DNA of 35,425 bases from Candidatus Cloacimonadota bacterium. Lineage in GTDB: Bacteria > Cloacimonadota > Cloacimonadia > JGIOTU-2. This document shows, piece by piece, positions 10,103-18,816 of the stretch. The DNA lies in assembly GCA_011043895.1 (NCBI GenBank), contig DRBZ01000006.1, positions 1 to 35,425 on the forward strand. The letters are read 5' to 3'. Below the pieces are notes generated by a model. The model ran no database searches. It saw only the letters and a program-made list of their open reading frames with translations, and was not told the DNA's origin. The position numbers and the translations under genes were made by a program. The first letter of the stretch is position 1; each line of letters opens with the position of its first letter.

Positions 10103-11041
10103 ATGAAAAAATCAAAAATATTACTTGTTCTATTATTCATAATAGCCCTCATTGTTCTATTCAATGCATTCTATATTGTTGATGAAACACAGCAGGTGAT
10201 AATTACTCAGTTTGGTAAACCTATTGGTGAAGCCATCAAAAGTGCAGGCCTTCATATTAAATTACCATTCATCCAGAAAGTTCATTATTTTGATAAGAGA
10301 ATCCTTGAATGGGATGGAGATGCGAAACAGATTCCCACATCGGATAAACGCTATATCTGGCTCGATACATTCTCACGCTGGCAAATCACTGATCCACTAA
10401 AGTTCTATGAAACAAATCGTTACGAAAGTAATGCGCACGGCCGTCTAGACGACATTATCAGCGGTATTACACGTGATGTAATAAGTTCGAATAAGTTAAT
10501 AGAAATTGTAAGAAATTCAAATAGAGATATGGTCTTTACTGCGGAATTTGAAGATAGTAAACTGCAGAATATTATCAGTGAAAGCATCAAAAACGGAAGG
10601 CAAGAGATCTCTGATTCTATCCTTACATTATCTAAGATCAAAGTTGCAGAATATGGTATTAACCTGATTGATGTTCGGATTAAAAGATTGAACTACAATC
10701 GGGATGTTCAAGCCAAGGTTTTTGAGAGAATGATATCTGAACGTAATAAGATTGCTGCGAAATATCTGTCAGAAGGTAAGGGAAGTTCTTCTGAAATTCT
10801 CGGTAAGATGGAGCGAGAATTGGATCAGATCCAGTCAACCGCATATCAGAAAGCTCAGGAGATAAAAGGACGCGCAGATGCAAAAGCAATTAAGATTTAC
10901 GCAGATGCGTATAATAGAGATCCTGAATTTTATGAATTTCTAAAGACTTTGGAAACCTATGAAAAGACCATTGACGAAAAAAATACAATGATTATGACCA
11001 CTGACAGTGATTATTATAAATTCCTGAAAAGAATAGAATAA
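10103..11041 (+). CDS. hflC: FtsH protease modulator HflC
   Basis: TM helix; QVIITQFGKP, GLHIKLPF, IDVRIKR, FERMISER, DPEFYEFLKTLE; ATG at 10103 after GGAGG, directly behind hflK. Confidence 0.93.
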   Translation: MKKSKILLVLLFIIALIVLFNAFYIVDETQQVIITQFGKPIGEAIKSAGLHIKLPFIQKVHYFDKRILEWDGDAKQIPTSDKRYIWLDTFSRWQITDPLKFYETNRYESNAHGRLDDIISGITRDVISSNKLIEIVRNSNRDMVFTAEFEDSKLQNIISESIKNGRQEISDSILTLSKIKVAEYGINLIDVRIKRLNYNRDVQAKVFERMISERNKIAAKYLSEGKGSSSEILGKMERELDQIQSTAYQKAQEIKGRADAKAIKIYADAYNRDPEFYEFLKTLETYEKTIDEKNTMIMTTDSDYYKFLKRIE

Positions 11042-11067
11042 ACGGAATGATCAGAAAAAAGTGATAC

Positions 11068-11099
11068 AAAAAGCCCATGCTTCCAGTGTGGGCTTTTTT
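11068..11099. terminator. Likely bidirectional intrinsic terminator
   Basis: AAAAAGCCCAT..GTGGGCTTTTTT hairpin with A and T tails, between convergent genes. Confidence 0.8.
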
Positions 11100-11159
11100 A
11101 TATGTAATGCAAGATTTCAATCTTGAGTATTATACATTGGATTGTTGATTTACTATTAT

Positions 11160-11810
11160 TTATTTTAATGTATTGTATGCAATCTCTTTGATTTCGAACA
11201 ATCCTTGCACTTTATCAAAAAGTACATTCCTCACCATCTTAATCATTGCATTTCTATAAGTGATCTTATTATTTTCTGATACAGACTCTGGTTGTGTATC
11301 CAATGCTTTTTCAATTTTCCATAGTTCGTCCATTTTATCGTTTCCGATGATAAGATGTTTATGATAGAGGATCTCGACTGCTTTATGAGAAGGTTCATAA
11401 CCGATTTTATAACGGTATACACGTCTTTCCAGAGTTGATTCCGGTTTAATAGAATATCTGTTTTTCTTGGGATCATTTCTTCGTGGACAACCAAGGATAA
11501 ACGCTGCTACATCACTGATCGTATGATCGTGAGAACTCTGGAGCATAAATTGATCTCTTTCTAGAACTTCACTATCTGAGAGTTGATTTATCGCGTGTTG
11601 TACAATCTTGTAGCCACCAGCACCGCAAAGACATACATGACCGAGAAACGTACAAACATCTTCAAAAGAAAGTTGATATGTTGTGATGCCCTCGCTGAAA
11701 GAACCAGTAAAAACTCCATGAGGATAGTTGAATATTAGTGGTTCGATATCATAAATGAAATTATAATCTTTGTGCCATTTCTGCTTTTGAATTTTCATGC
11801 TACCATGCAT
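11160..11810 (-). CDS. FmdE-like (formylmethanofuran dehydrogenase subunit E-like) metal-binding protein
   Basis: LSFEDVCTFLGHVCLCGAGGYK resembles the FmdE 'xxFHGHxCxGxxxGy' motif. The start may be the Met at 11798. Confidence 0.55.
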   Translation of the reverse strand: MHGSMKIQKQKWHKDYNFIYDIEPLIFNYPHGVFTGSFSEGITTYQLSFEDVCTFLGHVCLCGAGGYKIVQHAINQLSDSEVLERDQFMLQSSHDHTISDVAAFILGCPRRNDPKKNRYSIKPESTLERRVYRYKIGYEPSHKAVEILYHKHLIIGNDKMDELWKIEKALDTQPESVSENNKITYRNAMIKMVRNVLFDKVQGLFEIKEIAYNTLK

Positions 11811-11920
11811 GGTTTGAATAAATTTCTGACAAGTTTTACTAAAAAATATTTGGCTTTTAACCTGTTATCACTTCATTTACCTGCCATTTATTTTGCGCTA
11901 AGTCTTTACTGTCGTTAAAC

Positions 11921-11950
11921 TTGACAAGGGTTTCTGGGCACAAACTTTAT
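11921..11950 (+). promoter_or_regulatory. Candidate promoter of the rplM operon
   Basis: Perfect TTGACA ~97 nt upstream of rplM; the -10 element is not clearly canonical. Confidence 0.35.
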
Positions 11951-12017
11951 GGCACTACTAAATCAAAATGTCATAAATATCGATGTATAAATAAACTGAG
12001 AATTTTTAGGAGACATA

Positions 12018-12449
12018 ATGAAAACGACATTGCCAAAAGTCGATGAAATTGAGCATAATTGGTATGTGATTGATGCCGAAGGTGTTCCACTTGGGAGATT
12101 ATCAACCAAGGTAGCAGAACTTTTGCATGGTAAACATAAACCAACCTATACTCCCTTTTTTGACATGGGAGATTTTGTGATCATTCTTAATGCTGATAAA
12201 GTAGTTCTGACTGGGCAGAAAGAACTGGCAAAAGAGTATAAATTTTATTCTGGCTATCCAAGTGGCCAGCGAACAGTTTCTTATTTACAAATGAAAGCGA
12301 AGAAACCTGATAATATTGTTCATCATGCTGTACGTGGAATGCTTCCAAAAAATAAGCTTAGAGATCGCATGCTTAAGCGACTCAAGATATATACAGGCAA
12401 TGTACATAATCACCAAGCCCAGAAACCTGTAGAAATCAAGATTTCATAA
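12018..12449 (+). CDS. rplM: 50S ribosomal protein L13
   Basis: WYVIDA..LGRL..GKHKPTYTP..DMGDFVII..AVRGMLPKNKL. Confidence 0.98.
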   Translation: MKTTLPKVDEIEHNWYVIDAEGVPLGRLSTKVAELLHGKHKPTYTPFFDMGDFVIILNADKVVLTGQKELAKEYKFYSGYPSGQRTVSYLQMKAKKPDNIVHHAVRGMLPKNKLRDRMLKRLKIYTGNVHNHQAQKPVEIKIS

Positions 12450-12465
12450 TTTAGGAGAATGATAC

Positions 12466-12852
12466 ATGCAATATTTTGATGCAGTTGGCAGGCGTAAAGC
12501 CGCAGTCGCTCGTGTTCGTCTTTCCAAAGGAACTGGAAAGAGAATTATCAATAAAAAACCAATGAAGGAATATTTGAGTAGAGAAACCCTTGAGATGATC
12601 GTTGAAAAACCTTTTGATATTATCGATCAGGCAGACAAATTCGATATGAAAGTCAATGTTCGTGGTGGGGGACTTGCTGGTCAGGCAGGTGCTATCCGCT
12701 TGGGTATCAGTCGAGCGCTCCTGGAGTATGACCCAGAATTGCGGGGATTACTAAAAAAAGCAGGACTCCTTACCCGTGATGCACGAGTAAAAGAACGTAA
12801 GAAATACGGACTCGCCAAAGCACGTAAAGCATATCAATATTCAAAGAGATAA
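12466..12852 (+). CDS. rpsI: 30S ribosomal protein S9
   Basis: [47 protein letters not shown]. Confidence 0.98.
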   Translation: MQYFDAVGRRKAAVARVRLSKGTGKRIINKKPMKEYLSRETLEMIVEKPFDIIDQADKFDMKVNVRGGGLAGQAGAIRLGISRALLEYDPELRGLLKKAGLLTRDARVKERKKYGLAKARKAYQYSKR

Positions 12853-12864
12853 AATATAAATCAA

Positions 12865-12944
12865 TTAATTTCTGAGCTGCAAACGGTGTTCGGTTGTCGA
12901 ATATATGCAGTGTCGATGAAGTTAAAATAATAAACCGTTGGAGG
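12865..12944 (+). promoter_or_regulatory. Structured rpsB 5' leader (S2 autoregulatory-type RNA element)
   Basis: Nested stems TTAATTTC/GAAGTTAA, CTGCA/TGCAG and GTTCGG/TCGAAT. The bulged AACGGT (12882-12887) is complementary to ACCGTT (12934-12939), which abuts the SD GGAGG. Confidence 0.6.
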
Positions 12945-12950
12945 ACACAC

Positions 12951-13958
12951 ATGAGTGTCGTTGAAATGAAAAATTTACTCGAGGCTGGTGTACACTTTGG
13001 TCATCAGACCCGACGCTGGAATCCAAAGATGAAAAAATATATTTTCATCAAGAGGAACGGCATACACATCATTGATCTCAAACAAACACTTGAAGCTATT
13101 AATCAAGCTTATTATTTTTTTCGAGAACTTGCGGCAAAGGGCAAGAACATTCTGTTTGTTGGTACCAAAAAGCAGGTGTCCGAAGGCATCGAATCCGCTG
13201 CCCAGAAATGTGAAGAATTCTATATCAGTCATCGCTGGTATGGAGGGACATTGACCAATCTGAATACCATTAGAAAGAGTATTGCAAAACTCGATGAGTT
13301 CGAAGAACTAAAAGAGAGTGGAGAGATCAATAAATTTACCAAACTTGAGATACTTCGTATGCAACGTAAATATGATAAAATCCTCAGTGCGCTGGGTGGA
13401 ATTCGAGAAATGGATCAAATTCCATCTGCACTTTTCATTGCAGACATTGTGCATGAGAGAAATGCGGTAAACGAAGCTAAAAAACTCGGTATTCCTATTG
13501 TCGCAATTGTAGATACCAATGGAGATCCTGATGGTATCGATTACATCATTCCAGGCAATGATGATGCAATGAAATCAGTCAATCTCATCTGTGACATTAT
13601 GGCAAATGCAGTAATCGAAGGTAAGAGAATTGCAGCAGAAGGTGGAGATATCTCTGATTTTGAATCTGTCGATAAAGACCAAGAAGTTATCGAAGAAGAA
13701 GCAGAAGCCATAGCTGATGAAGTAGCAGCACCAGAAGAAGAAGTGGAAGTTGAAGAAGCGCTTGAAGAAGTTGTGGAGGTAGAACCAGAAGCGAAAACGA
13801 AAAAGACGGAAGAGAAGAAAGAGGATAAAAAAGAAGAAAAAACTCAAAAGAAGGAAGAGGAACCTGTGGAAAAACGTTTCGAATGCCCCGATTGTGGCAA
13901 AACCTTCTCATCAAAACGTGGACTAAAGATTCATCTTGGTCTTGTCCATCAAAAATAA
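12951..13958 (+). CDS. rpsB: 30S ribosomal protein S2 with acidic/charged C-terminal extension and terminal C2H2 zinc finger
   Basis: [50 protein letters not shown]; ATG at 12951 after GGAGG; ends [26 protein letters not shown]. Confidence 0.97.
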   Translation: MSVVEMKNLLEAGVHFGHQTRRWNPKMKKYIFIKRNGIHIIDLKQTLEAINQAYYFFRELAAKGKNILFVGTKKQVSEGIESAAQKCEEFYISHRWYGGTLTNLNTIRKSIAKLDEFEELKESGEINKFTKLEILRMQRKYDKILSALGGIREMDQIPSALFIADIVHERNAVNEAKKLGIPIVAIVDTNGDPDGIDYIIPGNDDAMKSVNLICDIMANAVIEGKRIAAEGGDISDFESVDKDQEVIEEEAEAIADEVAAPEEEVEVEEALEEVVEVEPEAKTKKTEEKKEDKKEEKTQKKEEEPVEKRFECPDCGKTFSSKRGLKIHLGLVHQK

Positions 13959-13973
13959 GGAATTGGAGTAATA

Positions 13974-14567
13974 ATGGAAATAACTGCAAAATTAGTAAAA
14001 GAGTTACGAGATAAAACAGGTGTCGGATTAATGGAGTGCAAGAAAGCACTTAAAGATTCAAATGGAAATCTCGAAGAAGCTATTAAGTTTCTGAGAACAA
14101 GCGGCTTAGTAAAAGCAGAGAAGAAGTCAGAGCGTGAATCCAACGAAGGTATTATCCATGCATATATTCACCCTGGAGCAAAACTTGGAGTGCTGTTAAA
14201 ACTTGCTTGTGAATCTGATTTTGTTGCAAAAACTGATGATTTTGTCGAACTTGCAAACAAGATCGCTATGCACATCGCAGCAACAGATCCACTTGCAATA
14301 TCAGAAGAAGATCTTGATACTAAGCTTGTTGAAGCAGAAAAAGAGATTTATAGAGAAAGAGCTTTGAAAGCAGGAAAACCAGAGAATATAGTTGATAAGA
14401 TCGTTGAAGGTCAGATTAAGAAATACTATACAGATAACTGTCTTTTGAGCCAGCCTTTCATCATGAATGAAGATATGACTGTCAAAGAGCTTATATCTGA
14501 TGCAGTTCTTAAACTTGGTGAAAATATCAATATCAAGGAATTTGCACGTTTCAGCATTGGTAAATAG
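13974..14567 (+). CDS. tsf: Elongation factor Ts (short ~200 aa form)
   Basis: VKELRDKTGVGLMECKKAL, CESDFVA, GKPENIVDKIVEG; located after rpsB. Confidence 0.97.
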   Translation: MEITAKLVKELRDKTGVGLMECKKALKDSNGNLEEAIKFLRTSGLVKAEKKSERESNEGIIHAYIHPGAKLGVLLKLACESDFVAKTDDFVELANKIAMHIAATDPLAISEEDLDTKLVEAEKEIYRERALKAGKPENIVDKIVEGQIKKYYTDNCLLSQPFIMNEDMTVKELISDAVLKLGENINIKEFARFSIGK

Positions 14568-14568
14568 C

Positions 14569-15273
14569 GTGAAATATAAAAGAATTCTCATTAAAATAAG
14601 CGGCGAGGTTCTTCAAGGAACCCAATCTTTTGGAATTGAGAATGAAGCAGTTACACGAATCGTAAAAGAGCTTGTTGAAATTCACACACAGGGAGTAGAT
14701 ATCGGTCTTGTTATTGGGGGTGGAAACTTCTTCCGTGGTGCAACCTCAGCAGTAGACGGCATGAAACGCTTTCAGGCAGATGAGATAGGTATGCTCGCCA
14801 CCGTTCAGAATGCGATTGTACTCCATGCAAAGCTGGACGAATATCATGTTCATTCGGAAATTTTTACTGCGAAACCAGTAAATAACATTGGCGGTTGTTT
14901 TACAGCGGAAGGTGCGCAATCTGCATTACGCGCCGGTAAGATATGTGTCTTTGCCGGTGGAACTGGAAATCCATATTTTACTACTGATACTGCTGCTGTT
15001 TTACGTGCACTTGAGATAGAAGCTGATATTCTGCTCAAAGGAACTAAAGTTGACGGTGTCTATGATCGAGATCCTGTAAAATTCCCTGATGCTACAATAT
15101 TTCGCTCAATTACCTATAAAGATTATATCCAACTCAACCTCAAAGTATTGGATCTTACTGCAATTTCTCTTGCGAAAAATCATAATCTTAAAATTCGAGT
15201 ATTTAATATCAGAGAAAAAGGAAATATTCTCAAAGCTGTTTCTGAGGATAATTTTGGTAGTATTATTGAATAG
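14569..15273 (+). CDS. pyrH: UMP kinase
   Basis: RILIKISGE, VIGGGNFFRG, GTGNPYFTTDTAAVLRA, KVDGVYDRDP. A GTG start at 14569 just after the tsf stop is preferred over the tracked start at 14500. Confidence 0.96.
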   Translation: MKYKRILIKISGEVLQGTQSFGIENEAVTRIVKELVEIHTQGVDIGLVIGGGNFFRGATSAVDGMKRFQADEIGMLATVQNAIVLHAKLDEYHVHSEIFTAKPVNNIGGCFTAEGAQSALRAGKICVFAGGTGNPYFTTDTAAVLRALEIEADILLKGTKVDGVYDRDPVKFPDATIFRSITYKDYIQLNLKVLDLTAISLAKNHNLKIRVFNIREKGNILKAVSEDNFGSIIE

Positions 15274-15351
15274 TTAACTTGCTGACAGGTTGCAAATTAC
15301 TAAAATTAGTTTATATTATAGTTCAATTTCGGAGGACCAAGGGAGAGCGTC

Positions 15352-15915
15352 ATGCAAGAATTAGAATCGATCTATAAAGAAACGCGTGCTAAGATGGATA
15401 AAACCATTGATGCATTGCGAAAGGAACTACTTCGAATTCGTACAGGCAAAGCAAACATCTCACTGCTCGAAGATATAACGGTGAACTATTATGGACAACC
15501 CACACCAATCAGTCATGTGGGAACCATCTCAACCCCAGAAGCTCGCCTTATTCTTATTAATCCATGGGAAAAGAACATGCTTCAGGAAATCGAAAAATCT
15601 ATTCTTTCATCAGATCTTGGTATCACACCTCAAAATGATGGTAATGTCATTCGTCTTGTGTTTCCACCTCTTACAGAAGATCGACGCAAAGAACTGGTTA
15701 AATTAGTGAAAAAGCATGGGGAAGAAGCCAAGATCTCTATAAGAAACACTCGGAGAAGTTCTAATGATGAAATAAAAAAACTGGAAAAAGACAGTGTGAT
15801 CTCAGAAGATTATTCCAAAGATGGTTTGGACGAGATTCAGGAGATCACAGACGATTACACAAAGAAAATTGATGAAATAGTAGATCATAAAGAAAAAGAA
15901 ATCATGGAGATTTAA
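15352..15915 (+). CDS. frr: Ribosome recycling factor
   Basis: IRTGKAN, VNYYG, LGITPQNDG, PPLTEDRRKELVK, KEKEIMEI. Confidence 0.97.
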   Translation: MQELESIYKETRAKMDKTIDALRKELLRIRTGKANISLLEDITVNYYGQPTPISHVGTISTPEARLILINPWEKNMLQEIEKSILSSDLGITPQNDGNVIRLVFPPLTEDRRKELVKLVKKHGEEAKISIRNTRRSSNDEIKKLEKDSVISEDYSKDGLDEIQEITDDYTKKIDEIVDHKEKEIMEI

Positions 15916-15920
15916 CTATT

Positions 15921-16097
15921 ATGAGCTTTATCATAACATCAGATTGTATCAAATGCGGAGCTTGTGTCGATGTATGTCCAGAAAATGCAATTGTCGAAGA
16001 TGATACGCAATACTTTATTACAGGTGATTGTATCGAGTGTGGATTATGCCTTCCTGAATGCCCACTCGAAGCAATTGTCGGAAATGGCAAGAAATAA
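15921..16097 (+). CDS. 2[4Fe-4S] ferredoxin, 58 aa (not in ORF track)
   Basis: Manual translation MSFIITSDCIKCGACVDVCPENAIVEDDTQYFITGDCIECGLCLPECPLEAIVGNGKK* has two CxxCxxCxxxCP motifs and fills the frr-DUF2723 gap. Confidence 0.93.
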   Translation: MSFIITSDCIKCGACVDVCPENAIVEDDTQYFITGDCIECGLCLPECPLEAIVGNGKK

Positions 16098-16106
16098 AAA
16101 AAGCTT

Positions 16107-18731
16107 ATGAATTTTGAAAATAAGTGTACTGTAAATAGAAGAACCAATGCCTTGATTGGTCTTGCAGTGTTTGTGGCATCCTTTATTATTTACTTCATTA
16201 CAAAACCAGTTTCCCTTTCTTTTTGGGATTGTGGTGAGTATATTGCTTGCAGCTCGATACTTGGAGTACCCCATCCTCCCGGAAATCCTTTCTATATATT
16301 GCTTGGAAAATTTATCACCTTGCTTCCCCTCGGATTATCTGATGCTCAATCTGTAAGTCTTCTTTCGATATTATTCAGTTCTTTTGCAGTATTGTTTGTA
16401 TATCTCTCGGTAGTGAAGCTGGTTACGATCTGGGAAGTAAAGCCCAGATTCGCATATTTTGCAGGTGTGGTTGCAGCATTGTTTATTGCATTTTCAAAAG
16501 AATTTTGGATCAATGCAATAGAAGCAGAAGTATATGGGGGACTCTCTTTTTTCATTGCTCTGATAATCTGGTTGACCTTGATCTGGACTGAGAAACAAAA
16601 GAATTTCGATCGTCAAAACATATTACTCTTTATTATATATTTATTTTTCCTTGGATTTGGTGTACACCAGACAACTTTGCAAATCGCTCCTGCAGTGCTT
16701 CTTATTGTAGTGCTTCCCCTCGTGAAGTTCAACAAGGCTTTCTACAAAAAACTCATAATGTTTGTACTCATTGCTCTGGTGCTATACTATATATTCTATC
16801 TTATTGGGACTGAATTTGGACATGGAAGTATTGGTAAATATGTATTTGCTTTATTCGTGATAGGTGTTTTGATATATTACCTACGGGGATATGTTGAACC
16901 ACGTGTATGGTTCTTTGCACTTTTGATGGTTTTGCTTGGTTTGAGTACTCACCTCATTCTCCCGATTAGAGCTGCAGCAGATCCTTTCATCAATGAAGGC
17001 GATCCATCCACTGTACAACGATTTCTTGATTACGTATTCAGAAAACAATATGGTCCCACAAGCTTCTTTGTGCGGCGTGCTCCGATTCTTATGCAACTTG
17101 ATTTTCACTTCATGCGCTACTTTAGCTGGCAGTTTTTTGATGCAGAAGTGATTGCTAATTTCATCAACATATCAAAACAGTTCGTACATGCAATTTTCCA
17201 GTTTATTGTAATAGCTCTTGGATTAACTGGTGCCTATTATCAATTTAAAAAGAGTAAGCGTTCATTCATCTATTTAGCTTCATTTTTTTTAATGGCGAGC
17301 ATTGGTATGATACTCGTGATGAATCTCTCAAGTGGTGAAGTGCGCGATCGGCCGTATTTCTTTATTACTGCGTATATGCTCTGGGCTTTCTGGATGGGTA
17401 TAGGTGTAATGGGAATCGTTCGATATATTTTGAAACGTTCTAAACCCATAGCAATTATCGCACTTGTACTGCTCTGTTCACTACCTATCATCAATATGGC
17501 TTCACATTATTATAAAAATGACAGAAGCCAGGAACTCCTTGCACTTGAATATGGCACAAACTTCCTGAATGGTCTCGATAAGAATGCGATCATCTTTACT
17601 AATGGAGATAATGATACTTTCCCGCTCTGGTATGCTCAAGCAGTATATGATCCTAATGCCGAAGAATATTATCTAGAAGATGACACCTTACTCTTCAAGG
17701 AAATAAAGGGTTTCTCTATTACTGATAAAAAGGAAATTCCTAAAGAAACGCAGTACAAACTCTATCAGGCATACGAAGCTAAGAAAAATCTCGGTGGCAT
17801 TCGTAAAGATGTATCAGTGGCTAATCTCAGTCTTTTAAACACTCCCTGGTACATCAAGCAATTACGCGATTTTGAGGGTATCGAGATCAACCTGACTGAT
17901 AAACAGATCGACGATCTACATCCAATCGAGCTTTCTAACGAAGCAACTTTCAAGGTCGGAGATATCAAAGTTACTTATCCTAAAGGTACAAGATTATTTG
18001 TAAAAGACCAGATGGTGCTTCAGATCATCAAAGACAATTTTGGAAAGCGACCGATCTATTTCGCAGTTACTGTGGCAGATAGAGTTGGATTTGATGAGTA
18101 TCTTCAAAGCGAAGGTATGGCAGATCGAATCGTTTCTACCAAAGGTGAATTCCAGATCAATGCTCCTCGCTTGAATCATAATATTGAGAACGTATTTGAT
18201 TACACATCGATCTATAACGAAGACCTGTATAAAGACGAAAACATGAAACGGCTTATCAATAATTACGGGGCTGACTTTATGCGTATGTCCACAATTTTCT
18301 ATAAGAATGGCGATTATGAGAACGCAGTGAAATATTTGAACAAGGCGATGGATTTCATTAGTAATAAGGAAAGATATCTGCCGAGTCTTGCCAATCTCTA
18401 TTATGAAATGGGACAGTATGATAGTGCACTTGTGATTATTGAGCCACTTATCAAAAAACAACCCAACGATCCTCAGCTGATCTATCTTAAAGTGGAATTC
18501 CTGAAACGAAAAGGGGATATCGATAATGCCCTTCTCACACTTGAGAGCTATATACTTGAAGACGTAGATGAACAATACTTCCTGAACCAATATATGAAAA
18601 TGCTCAGGAATAACAAGCAACACTTAGAACGAGCACAGGGATTCTTCGAGGAGCTTGAGCAAAGATATCCTAAGAATCAGTATGTTCAGCAGTACAAATC
18701 TCAGCTTGATAAATTAACTGAAAAAGACTAA
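16107..18731 (+). CDS. DUF2723 / TMEM260-like polytopic membrane glycosyltransferase with C-terminal TPRs
   Basis: FWDCGEY, GVPHPPGNP, AIEAEVY, RKQYG, EVRDRPYFF, FTNGDNDTFPLWY, VANLSLLNTPWY; many TM helices; TPR-like C-terminus. Confidence 0.88.
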   Translation: MNFENKCTVNRRTNALIGLAVFVASFIIYFITKPVSLSFWDCGEYIACSSILGVPHPPGNPFYILLGKFITLLPLGLSDAQSVSLLSILFSSFAVLFVYLSVVKLVTIWEVKPRFAYFAGVVAALFIAFSKEFWINAIEAEVYGGLSFFIALIIWLTLIWTEKQKNFDRQNILLFIIYLFFLGFGVHQTTLQIAPAVLLIVVLPLVKFNKAFYKKLIMFVLIALVLYYIFYLIGTEFGHGSIGKYVFALFVIGVLIYYLRGYVEPRVWFFALLMVLLGLSTHLILPIRAAADPFINEGDPSTVQRFLDYVFRKQYGPTSFFVRRAPILMQLDFHFMRYFSWQFFDAEVIANFINISKQFVHAIFQFIVIALGLTGAYYQFKKSKRSFIYLASFFLMASIGMILVMNLSSGEVRDRPYFFITAYMLWAFWMGIGVMGIVRYILKRSKPIAIIALVLLCSLPIINMASHYYKNDRSQELLALEYGTNFLNGLDKNAIIFTNGDNDTFPLWYAQAVYDPNAEEYYLEDDTLLFKEIKGFSITDKKEIPKETQYKLYQAYEAKKNLGGIRKDVSVANLSLLNTPWYIKQLRDFEGIEINLTDKQIDDLHPIELSNEATFKVGDIKVTYPKGTRLFVKDQMVLQIIKDNFGKRPIYFAVTVADRVGFDEYLQSEGMADRIVSTKGEFQINAPRLNHNIENVFDYTSIYNEDLYKDENMKRLINNYGADFMRMSTIFYKNGDYENAVKYLNKAMDFISNKERYLPSLANLYYEMGQYDSALVIIEPLIKKQPNDPQLIYLKVEFLKRKGDIDNALLTLESYILEDVDEQYFLNQYMKMLRNNKQHLERAQGFFEELEQRYPKNQYVQQYKSQLDKLTEKD

Positions 18732-18754
18732 GGATTCAATAACGAAAATAATTG

Positions 18755-18808
18755 TTATAAAAATTGACGTAAAACCCAGTACAAAATTACTGGGTTTTCA
18801 ATTATAAG
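18755..18808. promoter_or_regulatory. Inverted repeat upstream of secA overlapping a TTGACG hexamer (terminator, attenuator or operator)
   Basis: AAAACCCAGTA-caaaat-TACTGGGTTTT perfect 11-bp stem with imperfect AT-rich extension on both flanks. Confidence 0.5.
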
Positions 18809-18816
18809 AGAATAGT

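Noticed and set aside
13680-13870. GAA-rich repetitive DNA as a possible tandem repeat or CRISPR array
   Set aside because: Explained by Glu/Lys codons of the S2 tether; there is no fixed repeat-spacer period.
15902-16147. 81-aa - strand His-rich ORF
   Set aside because: Antisense shadow of the ferredoxin; Cys codons read as His/Thr/Ala on the opposite strand.
17994-18623. 209-aa - strand ORF (similarly 20383..20943 and 34069..34752)
   Set aside because: Antisense to confident genes and without recognisable motifs.
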